From Alphaproteobacteria bacterium (GTDB taxonomy: Bacteria; Pseudomonadota; Alphaproteobacteria; SMXQ01), in assembly GCA_027292975.1 (NCBI GenBank), contig JAPUGG010000226.1, forward strand, positions 1 to 46,476: 46,476 nucleotides of DNA, written 5' to 3'. The notes below the pieces were generated by a model that was not told where the DNA came from, made no database searches, and saw only the letters and a program-made list of their open reading frames with translations. The position numbers and the translations under genes are program-made. Shown here in pieces: positions 26,859 to 36,051 of the stretch (position 1 is its first letter; each line of letters begins with the position of its first letter).

Positions 26859-28250
26859 GTGAAGAAGCTTTTCATTAAAACCTACGGCTGCCAGATGAAC
26901 GTGTACGATTCCGCGCGTATGGCGGATGTACTGGCGCCGGCAGGCTTTGAGGAGACGGCGGTGCCCGAAGCGGCCGATCTGGTCATCCTCAACACCTGTC
27001 ATATCCGCGAAAAAGCCGCCGAGAAGGTCTATTCGGAACTCGGACGCCTGCGCGCCATTAAGGACGCCGCGGCGGGCCGTGGCCGGACCATGCTGATCGG
27101 CGTCGGTGGCTGTGTCGCTCAGGCCGAAGGCGAAGAAATGCAACGCCGTGCGCCGTTCGTCGATATCGTCTTCGGCCCGCAGAACTACCAGGACCTGGCC
27201 CAGATGGTGGAGGACGCGGCACGGGGCGGTACCGTCCTCAAGACCGATTTTCCGGCCCGGCCCAAGTTCGATTCCCTGCCCGAGGTGCGCCGCGAGGGGG
27301 AAACCGCGGCGTTTATCTCGGTTCAGGAGGGGTGCGATAAATTCTGCACCTTTTGTGTCGTTCCCTACACCCGCGGGGCGGAGTATTCGCGCCCCGCGGC
27401 GGACATTATCGCCGAGGCCCGCGCCCTGGTGGCGGGCGGGGTTTCGGAAATCACCCTGTTGGGCCAGAACGTCAACGCCTATCACGGCGAGGCGCCCCGC
27501 CGCGCCGCGCCAAGATCGGCTTTGGGCGAAGGGGAATGGGGGCTCGGCCGGTTGATCCGTGACCTCGCCGGGATCGATGGCCTTGCCAGGATCCGCTACA
27601 CCACATCCCATCCTTCGGACATGGATGACGACCTGATCGCCGCCCATGGCGAGGTTGACGCCCTGATGCCCTACCTCCACTTGCCGGTGCAGTCCGGTTC
27701 CGATCGGGTGCTGGCGGCGATGAACCGGCGTTACACGGTGGATCAATACGCCTCCGTTGCCGCGCGCCTGCGCGCGGCGCGGCCCGACATCGCCCTGTCG
27801 TCGGATTTCATCGTCGGTTTCCCCGGGGAAAGCGACGCCGATTTCGAGGCGACTCTCGATCTGGTGCGCCGCCTGGGATATGCCCAGGCTTACTCCTTTA
27901 AGTACAGCGCCCGGCCTGGGACGCCGGCCGCCGAGCGGCCCGACCAAGTGCCCGATGCCGTCAAATCGGCACGCCTCACCCGGTTGCAAACGGAGCTGAA
28001 ATCCCAGGCACGGACCTTCAACGAGGCCTGCGTCGGGCGTGTCATGAATGTGCTGTTCGACCGTCCCGGTCGCCATCGGGGCCAGATGGCGGGCCGAAGC
28101 CCCTATCTTCAGGCGGTCTACGTCACACAAGGCGACGGCGAAGCCCAGGCGCTGCGGGGGCGTATTCTCCCGGTGCGGATCACCGAGGCCCATGCCAACA
28201 GCCTGGCGGGAACGCTCGCCGACCGCGCACCTTTGGGGGCGGATCCATGA
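26859..28250 (+). CDS. miaB: tRNA-2-methylthio-N6-dimethylallyladenosine synthase MiaB
   Basis: [15 protein letters not shown]-terminus if the GTG at 26859 is used (alternative GTG 26850). Radical-SAM CDKFCTFC motif and a TRAM-like C-terminus. Confidence 0.94.
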   Translation: MKKLFIKTYGCQMNVYDSARMADVLAPAGFEETAVPEAADLVILNTCHIREKAAEKVYSELGRLRAIKDAAAGRGRTMLIGVGGCVAQAEGEEMQRRAPFVDIVFGPQNYQDLAQMVEDAARGGTVLKTDFPARPKFDSLPEVRREGETAAFISVQEGCDKFCTFCVVPYTRGAEYSRPAADIIAEARALVAGGVSEITLLGQNVNAYHGEAPRRAAPRSALGEGEWGLGRLIRDLAGIDGLARIRYTTSHPSDMDDDLIAAHGEVDALMPYLHLPVQSGSDRVLAAMNRRYTVDQYASVAARLRAARPDIALSSDFIVGFPGESDADFEATLDLVRRLGYAQAYSFKYSARPGTPAAERPDQVPDAVKSARLTRLQTELKSQARTFNEACVGRVMNVLFDRPGRHRGQMAGRSPYLQAVYVTQGDGEAQALRGRILPVRITEAHANSLAGTLADRAPLGADP

Positions 28251-29470
28251 CGCGCCGCCCGGCGCGGTCCGGCTCGAAACAACAGGCCCGGCGCGTCGGC
28301 TCCGGCCGGCCGGGAGCCGGCACCGTCACCAAGCCTTTGGTCCTACAATTCGACGACAATTCGGTTCTGACGCTTCTCTTCGGCGAGCACGACCGCAATC
28401 TCGTGCGGATCGAAAACGATCTCGGCGTCACCGTCCATGCACGGGGAAACCAGCTGACCATCACCGGACCCAGGTCCGCCGCCGGGGCCGCCCGGGATGC
28501 GTTGATGAATCTGTATGATCGTGTCAAAGAAGGCGTGCCTGCCGATCAAGGCGAGGTCGACGCTATCGTCCGCCTGGCGGCGGCGGGCCAGTTGGAGCCC
28601 GGCGGCGGCGGCGGCGCAATCGGCGCGGGCGGGGCGGTGATTCAGACCCGGCGGCGGCGGGTAACCCCCAGGACCCCCACCCAGGCCGCCTATATCGAAG
28701 CCATGAACACCTACGAACTGGTGTTCGGCCTTGGCCCGGCCGGCACCGGCAAGACCTATCTCGCGGTGGCGACCGCCGTCGCCTTGCTTCAGGCCGGCGC
28801 GGTCGACCGCATCATTCTTTCGCGTCCCGCCGTGGAGGCGGGGGAACGGCTCGGATTTCTGCCCGGCGACATCCGCGAAAAAGTGGATCCCTACCTGCGC
28901 CCTCTCTACGACGCGCTTTACGACATGTTGCCGGGCGATCAGGTGGTCAAGCGGCTTGCCAGCGGCGACATCGAGGTGGCCCCGCTGGCCTTCATGCGGG
29001 GGCGGACACTGGCCCATTCCTTCATCATCCTCGATGAGGCGCAGAACACCACCAGGGTGCAGATGAAGATGTGCCTGACACGGCTCGGAGAAGGATCCCG
29101 CATGGTAGTGACCGGGGACCTGAGCCAGGTCGACCTGCCCCTGGGGACCCGCTCGGGTCTCACCGACGCCCTCGAGGCGCTCGATGGCATCGACGGCGTC
29201 TCCATGGTTCGCTTCACCGACCAGGACATGGTCCGCCATCCCTTGGTGACGCGGGTGGTGCGCGCCTATGAGAAGGCCGAGAGGCGCCGCGACCCTGGAT
29301 CCGCCGCCGCGACCCCCGCCCCCGCCGCCGCGACCCCCGCCCCCGCCGCCGCGACCCCCGCCCCCGCCAAGGACAAGGCCAAAGCCGCGTCGCCCGGGAA
29401 GCGGGTGCGCGCCAGGCCGCGCGCGGCCAAACCGGCCGACGGAGAAGGCCAAGGTGACGCAAAAAAGTGA
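28247..29470 (+). CDS. phoH: PhoH-family ATPase (YbeZ-like) with a repeat-containing basic C-terminal tail
   Basis: The ATG overlaps the miaB stop (ATGA). Walker A GPAGTGKT and a DEAQN box. The last ~65 aa are AATPAPA x3 followed by K/R-rich sequence. Confidence 0.93.
   Translation: MTRRPARSGSKQQARRVGSGRPGAGTVTKPLVLQFDDNSVLTLLFGEHDRNLVRIENDLGVTVHARGNQLTITGPRSAAGAARDALMNLYDRVKEGVPADQGEVDAIVRLAAAGQLEPGGGGGAIGAGGAVIQTRRRRVTPRTPTQAAYIEAMNTYELVFGLGPAGTGKTYLAVATAVALLQAGAVDRIILSRPAVEAGERLGFLPGDIREKVDPYLRPLYDALYDMLPGDQVVKRLASGDIEVAPLAFMRGRTLAHSFIILDEAQNTTRVQMKMCLTRLGEGSRMVVTGDLSQVDLPLGTRSGLTDALEALDGIDGVSMVRFTDQDMVRHPLVTRVVRAYEKAERRRDPGSAAATPAPAAATPAPAAATPAPAKDKAKAASPGKRVRARPRAAKPADGEGQGDAKK
29303..29368 (+). 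repeat. Perfect 21-nt tandem repeat x3.1 (GCCGCCGCGACCCCCGCCCCC) inside the phoH 3' end
   Basis: Units at 29303-29323, 29324-29344 and 29345-29365, plus a partial GCC. The repeat is in frame and encodes (AATPAPA)3. Confidence 0.95.
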
Positions 29471-29477
29471 ACCCGCC

Positions 29478-30002
29478 ATGGTTCCCGAAAGCGCCGAGAT
29501 CGCGGTCCCGGTCGCGGTGAGCGATGCGGCCTGGACGGAGGCCCTGCCCCAGTGCCGGACCATCGCCATGGGCGCCGCCTTGGCCGCCGCCGCCGCGCGC
29601 GCCGATCCGGGGCCGCTGGAAATCAGCATCCTGTTGGCCGGTGACGAAGAGGTGCGCGGGCTCAACCGGGACTATCGCAAGGTCGACGCGCCCACCAACG
29701 TGCTGGCCTTCGCCAGCGGTTCCGAGCCGCCGGTACCCCAGGCGGCGCGGCTGCTGGGCGACGTGGTGCTGGCCTTCGGCACCGTGCGCCGGGAAGCCGA
29801 TGAGCGCGGCCTGGAGATGGCCGATCATCTGGCCCATCTGGTGGTTCATGGCGTGTTGCACCTTTTGGGGTATGATCATGAAGCCGCGTCGGCGGCCGTC
29901 GCCATGGAGCGGGCCGAAGCGCAAATTCTGGCGGGGTTGAGGATCGCCGACCCCACTGCCGACGATGAGAGCGAGGGTACACGCCCTCAGCGAGAGAGAT
30001 GA
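29478..30002 (+). CDS. ybeY: rRNA maturation RNase YbeY
   Basis: HGVLHLLGYDH zinc motif. ATG 29478; alternative GTG 29454 has GGAGAAGG upstream. Only the 3' part of ORF 29268..30002 is credible. Confidence 0.92.
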   Translation: MVPESAEIAVPVAVSDAAWTEALPQCRTIAMGAALAAAAARADPGPLEISILLAGDEEVRGLNRDYRKVDAPTNVLAFASGSEPPVPQAARLLGDVVLAFGTVRREADERGLEMADHLAHLVVHGVLHLLGYDHEAASAAVAMERAEAQILAGLRIADPTADDESEGTRPQRER

Positions 30003-30925
30003 CCGGAAACGCTCAATCTAGCCGGCCTCGCGGGACCGGGGCCGAACTCCAAAATCAATCCATATTCCAGAAAATCCTGGCTTGGCTGGGCCGGCTCGGT
30101 CGGTGGCGCAACGGCGACGGGTCGATCCGCGAAACCCTGGAAGAGTTGATCGAGGAACGACCCGACGGCGAGGAAACCATCGATGAAGACGAACGGCTGC
30201 TCATCGGCAATGTTCTCAATCTGCGTGATGTCGAAGCCGCCGATGTGATGGTGCCGCGGGCGGAGATCATCGCCATCGAAGCGGACGCCTCCCTCGATGA
30301 GCTGATCGCGTTGATGACCCGGGAGGCCCATTCCCGGGTGCCGGTCTACCACGAGACCCTGGATAACGTGTCGGGCATGGTTCACATCAAGGACGTGCTG
30401 GCGCGCGTGGGCACCACCGAAACGCCGGGGCTTTCCGAAATTGCGCGCAAGGTGTTGTTCGTGTCGCCCACCATCCGGGTGTTGGACCTTCTGTTGCAGA
30501 TGCGCTTGACAAGGGTGCATATGGCCCTGGTGGTCGATGAATTCGGCGGCGTCGACGGCCTCGTCACCATCGAGGATCTGGTCGAGGAAATCGTCGGCGA
30601 CATTCAGGACGAACACGATGCCGACGAAGTTGCCATGATCGCCCGGCCCGACGGCACCATCATCGCCGATGCCCGCACCGAGCTCGGGGAATTCGAGTCG
30701 CGCGTCGGCCCGGTCTTGACCGACGACGAGCGCGCCGAGGACATCGAAACCCTGGGCGGCCTGATCGTCACCATGTTGGACCGGGTCCCGAGCCGTGGTG
30801 AGATCATCACACACGGTTCCGGCATCGAGTTCGAAATCATCGATGCGGACCCCAGGCGGATCAAACGCGTCCGCCTTCGCAACCTACCCACCCCGAGGCC
30901 GGACCAAGGCGCGGCCGGGCCATGA
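29999..30925 (+). CDS. CBS-pair plus CorC_HlyC domain protein (CorC/TlyC family)
   Basis: 308 aa. ATGA overlap with ybeY. Pattern: LRDVEAADVMVPRAEI...SRVPVY...VHIKDVL...HMALVVDEFGGVDGLVTIEDLVEEIVG. Confidence 0.9.
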   Translation: MTGNAQSSRPRGTGAELQNQSIFQKILAWLGRLGRWRNGDGSIRETLEELIEERPDGEETIDEDERLLIGNVLNLRDVEAADVMVPRAEIIAIEADASLDELIALMTREAHSRVPVYHETLDNVSGMVHIKDVLARVGTTETPGLSEIARKVLFVSPTIRVLDLLLQMRLTRVHMALVVDEFGGVDGLVTIEDLVEEIVGDIQDEHDADEVAMIARPDGTIIADARTELGEFESRVGPVLTDDERAEDIETLGGLIVTMLDRVPSRGEIITHGSGIEFEIIDADPRRIKRVRLRNLPTPRPDQGAAGP

Positions 30926-32493
30926 GGGAATTGGCCCGGCGCCTTGGCGCGCTTTCCGGCTGGCGCCGGTTGGCCGCCGCCGCCGGGCTTGGCGCGCTGG
31001 CGGTGCTGGCGCTCCCCCCCATATACGCCGTGCCGGTGTTGTTGGTGTCCTTCACCGGCTTGGTCTGGCTGATCGACGGGCTCGACGGGGGGCCGCGCGC
31101 CGGGCTCAAGGCACTGGTCCTCGGATGGGGGTTCGGCTTCGCGCATTTCATCGGCGGGCTCTACTGGATCACCAATGCACTGTTGGTCGACGCCGCCACC
31201 CACGGCTGGCTCGCGCCCTTCGCCGTAGCGGGATTGTCTCTCTATTTCGCGGCCTATCCGGCCCTCGCCTGCTGGGCGGCTTCCCGGGTCCGGCCCGGCG
31301 TGCCGCGGGTGCTGGTCCTGGCGACCGCCTGGGCCGCCACCGAATGGTTGCGCGGCGTGGCTCTGACCGGTTTTCCGTGGAACCTGATATCGACTTCGCT
31401 GGCTTTCGATGCCGCCGCCATCCAGGGTGCGGCATTGCTCGGCGCCTATGGTCTTAGCCTGGTGGTGGTGGCCATCGCCGCCGCACCAGCGACCCTTGGG
31501 GCGGCGGCCACGGGCCCTGCCCGCGCCCTGCCCTTCGGCGTCGCCATGGTGCTGGCCGCGGCAATCGGCGGAGCGGGCGTCGTCCGGGTGGCTTCGGCGC
31601 CGGGCGCGGGTGCCGCGGTCACCGATGTGACACTGCGGATCGTCCAGGGCAATATCGACCAGCGCTTGAAATGGCGCCGTGATCTGGCGCAAGGCCATTA
31701 CCGGACCTACCTGCGGCTTTCGCGGGCCCCCGGGGGCGGCGCCGCGCCCGATCTGGTGATTTGGCCGGAGACCGCGGTACCCTTCAGCCTCGACGGCAAT
31801 CCGGCGTTGGTCCGGGCGCTCAAGCGGGCGGTGCCCGCCGATGGTGTGTTGATCACCGGTGCGGTGCGGACCACCCCACCCGGAACGCGGCCGCGCCGAG
31901 TGTGGAACGCGGTCGTCGCCGTTACCCAGCGGGGCATCGTCGCGACCTATGACAAGCACCACCTGGTGCCCTTCGGCGAATACGTTCCCGCCCGCAAATT
32001 TCTTCCCATCACCAAGATCACCGCCGGGCGAATCGACTTCACCCCGGGCCCCGGTGCGCGCAGCCTTGATATTCCCGGCTTGCCGCGGGTCTCGCCCCTG
32101 GTCTGTTTCGAGGCCATCTTCCCGGGTGCCGTGGTGGCGCCGGGCCGCCGCCCGCGGTGGCTCCTGAACCTCACCAACGATGCCTGGTTCGGGCGGTCCA
32201 CCGGGCCTTATCAGCATCTGGCGGCGGCGCGGCTTCGCGCCGTGGAGGAGGGTCTGCCGCTGGTGCGAGCCGCAAATACCGGTGTCTCGGCGGTGATCGA
32301 CCCATGGGGCCGGGTGCTCGAGGCGCTTCCCCTGGGCCGCCGCGGCGTGATCCAGCGGCGTCTTCCGGCGGCTCTCGACCCCCCGACGCCGTTCGCCCGC
32401 TTCGGCAACGGGGGTTTCGCCCTGGTGGCGTGTGTTATTTTACTTTTCGCCCTATGGATGGACCGCCGGCGGACCGCTGTGGACCGAAAATGA
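30922..32493 (+). CDS. lnt: Apolipoprotein N-acyltransferase
   Basis: 523 aa. ATGA overlap with the corC-like gene. Polytopic N-terminus and a CN-hydrolase domain (VIWPETA, KHHLVPFGEYVP, VCFE). Confidence 0.93.
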   Translation: MRELARRLGALSGWRRLAAAAGLGALAVLALPPIYAVPVLLVSFTGLVWLIDGLDGGPRAGLKALVLGWGFGFAHFIGGLYWITNALLVDAATHGWLAPFAVAGLSLYFAAYPALACWAASRVRPGVPRVLVLATAWAATEWLRGVALTGFPWNLISTSLAFDAAAIQGAALLGAYGLSLVVVAIAAAPATLGAAATGPARALPFGVAMVLAAAIGGAGVVRVASAPGAGAAVTDVTLRIVQGNIDQRLKWRRDLAQGHYRTYLRLSRAPGGGAAPDLVIWPETAVPFSLDGNPALVRALKRAVPADGVLITGAVRTTPPGTRPRRVWNAVVAVTQRGIVATYDKHHLVPFGEYVPARKFLPITKITAGRIDFTPGPGARSLDIPGLPRVSPLVCFEAIFPGAVVAPGRRPRWLLNLTNDAWFGRSTGPYQHLAAARLRAVEEGLPLVRAANTGVSAVIDPWGRVLEALPLGRRGVIQRRLPAALDPPTPFARFGNGGFALVACVILLFALWMDRRRTAVDRK

Positions 32494-32514
32494 TGCCAAT
32501 GCTACATCTCATTG

Positions 32515-32543
32515 TTGAGTCTTGGGGCATCTTTCACTATAAT
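32515..32543 (+). promoter_or_regulatory. Near-consensus sigma70 promoter (TTGAGT-N17-TATAAT) upstream of the XRE regulator gene
   Basis: -35 at 32515-32520, a 17-nt spacer, and -10 TATAAT at 32538-32543, in an AT-rich gap. An AAGGA RBS lies 7 nt before ATG 32617. Confidence 0.6.
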
Positions 32544-32616
32544 TGGTTTGTTAGCTTAGTTGCAGATATTGCAGCCCTAAACTGGCTATCCGGCCACATA
32601 TAAAAAAGGAACAGCT

Positions 32617-33090
32617 ATGGCAAAGGCCGCAGTAAAATCCACCCGACGACCCCCTCGCGCCAAAAGACGGCCCCCTCGTGCCACAAAAGGAAGGTCCAAT
32701 CCCATCGATGCCCATGTCGGCAGCCGCGTTCGGCAAAGACGCATGTTGCTCGGCATGAGCCAGGAGAAGCTGGGCAAGGCGGTGGGGCTTACCTTTCAAC
32801 AGATCCAGAAATACGAACGCGGGATCAACCGTATCGGCGCGAGCCGGCTGTTCACGTTGAGCAAGGTTCTGAGCGTGCCGATCATGTTCTTTTTCGAGGA
32901 AATGCCAAGGGCGCTGGCCGCGGCCGGCGCCAAGGCGCGGGGCTTCGCCGACGCCTCGGTGACGTTCGAATCGGACCCCATGGCCAGCCGCGAAACCGCG
33001 GAACTGATCCGCGCTTATTATGGTATCGGAGATGCCAAACAGCGCCGGCGGGTGCTCGAACTGTTGCGATCCATGGCCGACGGGACCTGA
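32617..33090 (+). CDS. XRE-family helix-turn-helix transcriptional regulator
   Basis: 157 aa. [45 protein letters not shown] is a classic Cro/C1 HTH. The N-terminus is basic, with a duplicated RRPPRA. The lnt / HTH / metK order is common in alphaproteobacteria. Confidence 0.88.
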   Translation: MAKAAVKSTRRPPRAKRRPPRATKGRSNPIDAHVGSRVRQRRMLLGMSQEKLGKAVGLTFQQIQKYERGINRIGASRLFTLSKVLSVPIMFFFEEMPRALAAAGAKARGFADASVTFESDPMASRETAELIRAYYGIGDAKQRRRVLELLRSMADGT

Positions 33091-33232
33091 GGCGATCAAC
33101 CTGGCGGGAAACCCCTTGACGGTACCGCCAAAGGTTGCAACAAAAGCCGCCCAGAAGTAAGTGATGCGCGTCGGTGGAGCGAATGCTCCGCGGGCGGCGG
33201 CGCGGGCCGGCGCGCGGGTTTTCAGAGTCACC

Positions 33233-34414
33233 ATGGAGGAGCCCGTGTCCCAAGGCGATTACCTGTTCACCAGCGAATCGGTTTCCGAAGGCCATCCCGA
33301 TAAGGTCGCCGACGGTATCTCCGATGCCGTCGTCGATGCTTATATGACCCTGGATCCGCAGTCCCGTGTGGGGGTGGAAACCCTGGTGACGACCAATCGC
33401 GTGGTCATGGCGGGGGAGGTTCGCGGGCCGGCCACCTTGGACGCCGAGGAACACGAAAGGATCGCCCGCCAATGCGTGCGCGAAATCGGTTATGAACAAG
33501 AAGGGTTCCACTGGAAAAAAGCGCGGGTGGAGGTCCTGATCCATAACCAATCCGAGGACATCGCCATAGGGGTCGATGCGGCGGGGAACAAGTCCGAAGG
33601 CGCCGGCGATCAAGGCATCATGTTCGGCTATGCCTGTCGTGAAACCGATGTGTTGATGCCCGCGCCCATCCATTACGCCCACGCCATCCTGCGCTCCCTG
33701 GCCGAGGCCCGCCGTTCCGGCGCCGAGCCCGGTCTGTACCCCGATGCCAAGAGCCAAGTCACCCTTCTCTATGCCGATGGGAAGCCGGTGCGGGCCAGTT
33801 CCGTGGTGGTGTCCACCCAGCACCATGAAAGTCTCGACCAGGCACAGATCCGCGAGATCGTGCGGCAACATGTGGAAGGCGTGCTGCCCGATGGTTGGAT
33901 GTGCCCCGAGGACGAATTCTACGTCAATCCCACCGGCCGTTTCGTGACCGGCGGTCCCGACAGCGATTGCGGCCTGACCGGGCGCAAGATCATCGTCGAC
34001 ACCTATGGCGGTTCGGCGCCCCATGGCGGCGGCGCGTTTTCCGGAAAGGACCCTTCCAAGGTCGACCGGTCGGCGGCCTACGCGGCGCGGTATTTGGCCC
34101 GCAACGTGGTTGCCGCGGGCCTCGCCGGGCGCTGCGTGATTCAGATTTCCTATGCCATCGGCGTGGCCAAGCCGCTTTCGGTCTATGTCCATACCTATGG
34201 CACCGCTACCTGTGACGAACAGAAATTGCCGGGCGCATTGTGCGAGGTCATGGATCTCACGCCGCGGGGCATTCGCGATCATTTGGGGTTGGACAAGCCG
34301 ATCTATGCACGCACCTCGGCCTATGGCCATTTCGGGCGGCCGCCCGAGCTCGACGGCGGGTTCTCCTGGGAGCGCGATGACCTGGTGGAGGGCCTTGTAT
34401 CCGCCCTCACCTGA
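33233..34414 (+). CDS. metK: S-adenosylmethionine synthase
   Basis: ORF trimmed to ATG 33233 ([24 protein letters not shown]). GAGDQG and DTYGG motifs present. Confidence 0.96.
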   Translation: MEEPVSQGDYLFTSESVSEGHPDKVADGISDAVVDAYMTLDPQSRVGVETLVTTNRVVMAGEVRGPATLDAEEHERIARQCVREIGYEQEGFHWKKARVEVLIHNQSEDIAIGVDAAGNKSEGAGDQGIMFGYACRETDVLMPAPIHYAHAILRSLAEARRSGAEPGLYPDAKSQVTLLYADGKPVRASSVVVSTQHHESLDQAQIREIVRQHVEGVLPDGWMCPEDEFYVNPTGRFVTGGPDSDCGLTGRKIIVDTYGGSAPHGGGAFSGKDPSKVDRSAAYAARYLARNVVAAGLAGRCVIQISYAIGVAKPLSVYVHTYGTATCDEQKLPGALCEVMDLTPRGIRDHLGLDKPIYARTSAYGHFGRPPELDGGFSWERDDLVEGLVSALT

Positions 34415-34434
34415 GGCGCCCTAGCCGACCGGGG

Positions 34435-34452
34435 CCCGTAAAATGCTCTAAG
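34435..34452 (+). repeat. Copy of the dispersed CCGGAAAATGCTCTAG-like word, 4 nt upstream of the trmB ATG
   Basis: CCCGTAAAATGCTCTAAG. The TGCTCTAAG part resembles an extended -10 element. No Shine-Dalgarno sequence lies between it and ATG 34457. Confidence 0.6.
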
Positions 34453-34456
34453 CCCG

Positions 34457-35266
34457 ATGTCCAGCCCATCCAGCCCATCCGCCACGTCCCATGCCACGCG
34501 ACGCATCCTTTATGGCCGCCGCAAGGGCCGGCCTCTGCGGCCCGCCCGCAGGCGCTTGGTCCAGGACCTGTTGCCGCGGATCGGAGTGCCCCTTGAGCTC
34601 GGCGGCGGCGCCCGGGAGCCGGCATCTCCCGGCACCGCTCCGCTTCTCGACCCGGCGCGGTTTTTCGACGGCCCGCCCGCCTTCGCCGCCGGTAGCGCCG
34701 GTGGGTTGCCCTACCGCGAGGTCTGGTTGGAAGTAGGGTTCGGCGCCGGCGAGCATCTCGCTGCCCAGGCCGAAGCCCACGCCGATATCGCCTTCATCGG
34801 CTGTGAACCTTTCCTCAATGGCGTGGCCGCCCTGCTGGCCCGGGTCGATGCGCGGCGGCTGTCCAATATCCGGATCTACCACGATGACGCGCGCTTCCTG
34901 ATCGAACGCCTGGCGCCGGGCACCCTCGCCCGTGTCTTCGTCCTGTTCTCAGACCCTTGGCCCAAGGCCCGCCATGCGCGCCGCCGGTTCATCGCCGCCG
35001 ATACCCTAGACGTCTTGGCCCGAGTCATGGCCGATGGTGCCGAATTGCGCTTCGCCACCGATGACCCGGTCTATCTGCGCTGGGCGCTGGCGGCGCTGAC
35101 CGCCCACGAGGGCTTTCGCTGGGTCGCGGAAAAGGCGGCGGACTGGCGCGTCCGGCCCGCCGATCAGCCGGCCACCCGGTACGAAGAAAAGGCGCGTGCC
35201 AAGGGCGTATCGCCGGTCTACCTGGTCTTCGAGCGGTGTCCGCGCCCCGCGCCCGACCTCCGGTAA
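34457..35266 (+). CDS. trmB: tRNA (guanine46-N7)-methyltransferase
   Basis: 269 aa. LEVGFGAGEHL SAM-binding loop and FSDPWPKARHARRRF motif. metK-trmB adjacency is typical of alphaproteobacteria. Confidence 0.92.
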   Translation: MSSPSSPSATSHATRRILYGRRKGRPLRPARRRLVQDLLPRIGVPLELGGGAREPASPGTAPLLDPARFFDGPPAFAAGSAGGLPYREVWLEVGFGAGEHLAAQAEAHADIAFIGCEPFLNGVAALLARVDARRLSNIRIYHDDARFLIERLAPGTLARVFVLFSDPWPKARHARRRFIAADTLDVLARVMADGAELRFATDDPVYLRWALAALTAHEGFRWVAEKAADWRVRPADQPATRYEEKARAKGVSPVYLVFERCPRPAPDLR

Positions 35267-35280
35267 AAGCCCCAAAACAC

Positions 35281-35308
35281 TTGAAGGCGCGGCGAAAATG
35301 AGTATATT
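35281..35308 (+). promoter_or_regulatory. Sigma70-like promoter (TTGAAG-N16-TATATT) upstream of rimP-nusA-infB
   Basis: -35 at 35281-35286 and -10 at 35303-35308, in a local AT-rich patch 15 nt after the trmB stop. Confidence 0.5.
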
Positions 35309-35354
35309 CCCCAATATTCTCTATAGGGTCCGAGTAATCGGGTGACTTTGCGGG

Positions 35355-35377
35355 GTGGGCCACCGGCCCGCTTTTTT
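35355..35377 (+). terminator. Intrinsic terminator or attenuator hairpin between trmB and rimP
   Basis: A 7-bp stem, GTGGGCC (35355-35361) pairing with GGCCCGC (35365-35371) with one G-U pair, is followed by TTTTTT (35372-35377). Confidence 0.6.
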
Positions 35378-35453
35378 ATTACCAGGTCCAGGAACCGGGC
35401 GCGGCGGCGGGTGATGCGCCGGCCGGCCATTTTTCGGGATTTTGCCAACGACC

Positions 35454-36050
35454 ATGAACCAGATTCACGAGAGGGTCGCGGCGCTGATTACAGGACCCCT
35501 GGAGGGAATGGGCTATGAGTTGGTGCGGGTGCACCTTTCCCACCGCGCCCGCCCAGTGCTTCAGGTGATGGCCGAACGGGCCGACGGCGCCGCCATGAGT
35601 GTGGACGATTGCGCCGAGATCTCCCACAGCGTTTCGGCGCTGCTCGATGCCGAAGACCCGATCGTCGGGGCCTATACGCTGGAGGTCAGTTCGCCGGGAA
35701 TCGACCGCCCCCTGACCCGGCCCCGGGATTTCGAGCGGTTTGCCGGATTCGACGCCCGCATCGAGACCCGCGACGCCATCGCCGGTCGTCGCCGGTTCAA
35801 GGGAAAGCTCTTGGGGCTGGCCGGGGGGATGGTGTCGATCGACGTGGAGGAGGAAACAGTGCACCTGCCCTTCGAGGCCATTGCCAAGGCCCGGCTGGTG
35901 TTGACCGATGAATTGATTGCGGCGGCGCGGGCGGCACCCCCCCGGCTTAAAAACCCGGCCATGACGGCGGGGATCGCCGCGCCGAACCTCGGGCCGGATG
36001 TCATGGGTGATGAACGCCAAGTGGATGAATATGATCGGGACTCGCGATAA
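35454..36050 (+). CDS. rimP: Ribosome maturation factor RimP
   Basis: ATG 35454 (alternative TTG 35442). ...ALITGPLEGMGYELVRVHL...AYTLEVSSPGIDRPL... are RimP motifs. The stop lies 1 nt before the nusA ATG. Confidence 0.92.
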   Translation: MNQIHERVAALITGPLEGMGYELVRVHLSHRARPVLQVMAERADGAAMSVDDCAEISHSVSALLDAEDPIVGAYTLEVSSPGIDRPLTRPRDFERFAGFDARIETRDAIAGRRRFKGKLLGLAGGMVSIDVEEETVHLPFEAIAKARLVLTDELIAAARAAPPRLKNPAMTAGIAAPNLGPDVMGDERQVDEYDRDSR

Positions 36051-36051
36051 A

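Noticed and set aside
29303-29368. Tandem direct repeats considered as a possible CRISPR-like or minisatellite locus.
   Set aside because: The 21-nt units are contiguous with no spacers, and they are in frame within phoH. This is a coding tandem repeat, not a CRISPR array.
35218-35448. 76-aa basic ORF on the minus strand in the trmB-rimP gap.
   Set aside because: It overlaps the trmB 3' end, has no RBS or recognisable domain, and its composition is typical of antisense or intergenic noise. The region is better explained by the promoter and terminator on the plus strand.
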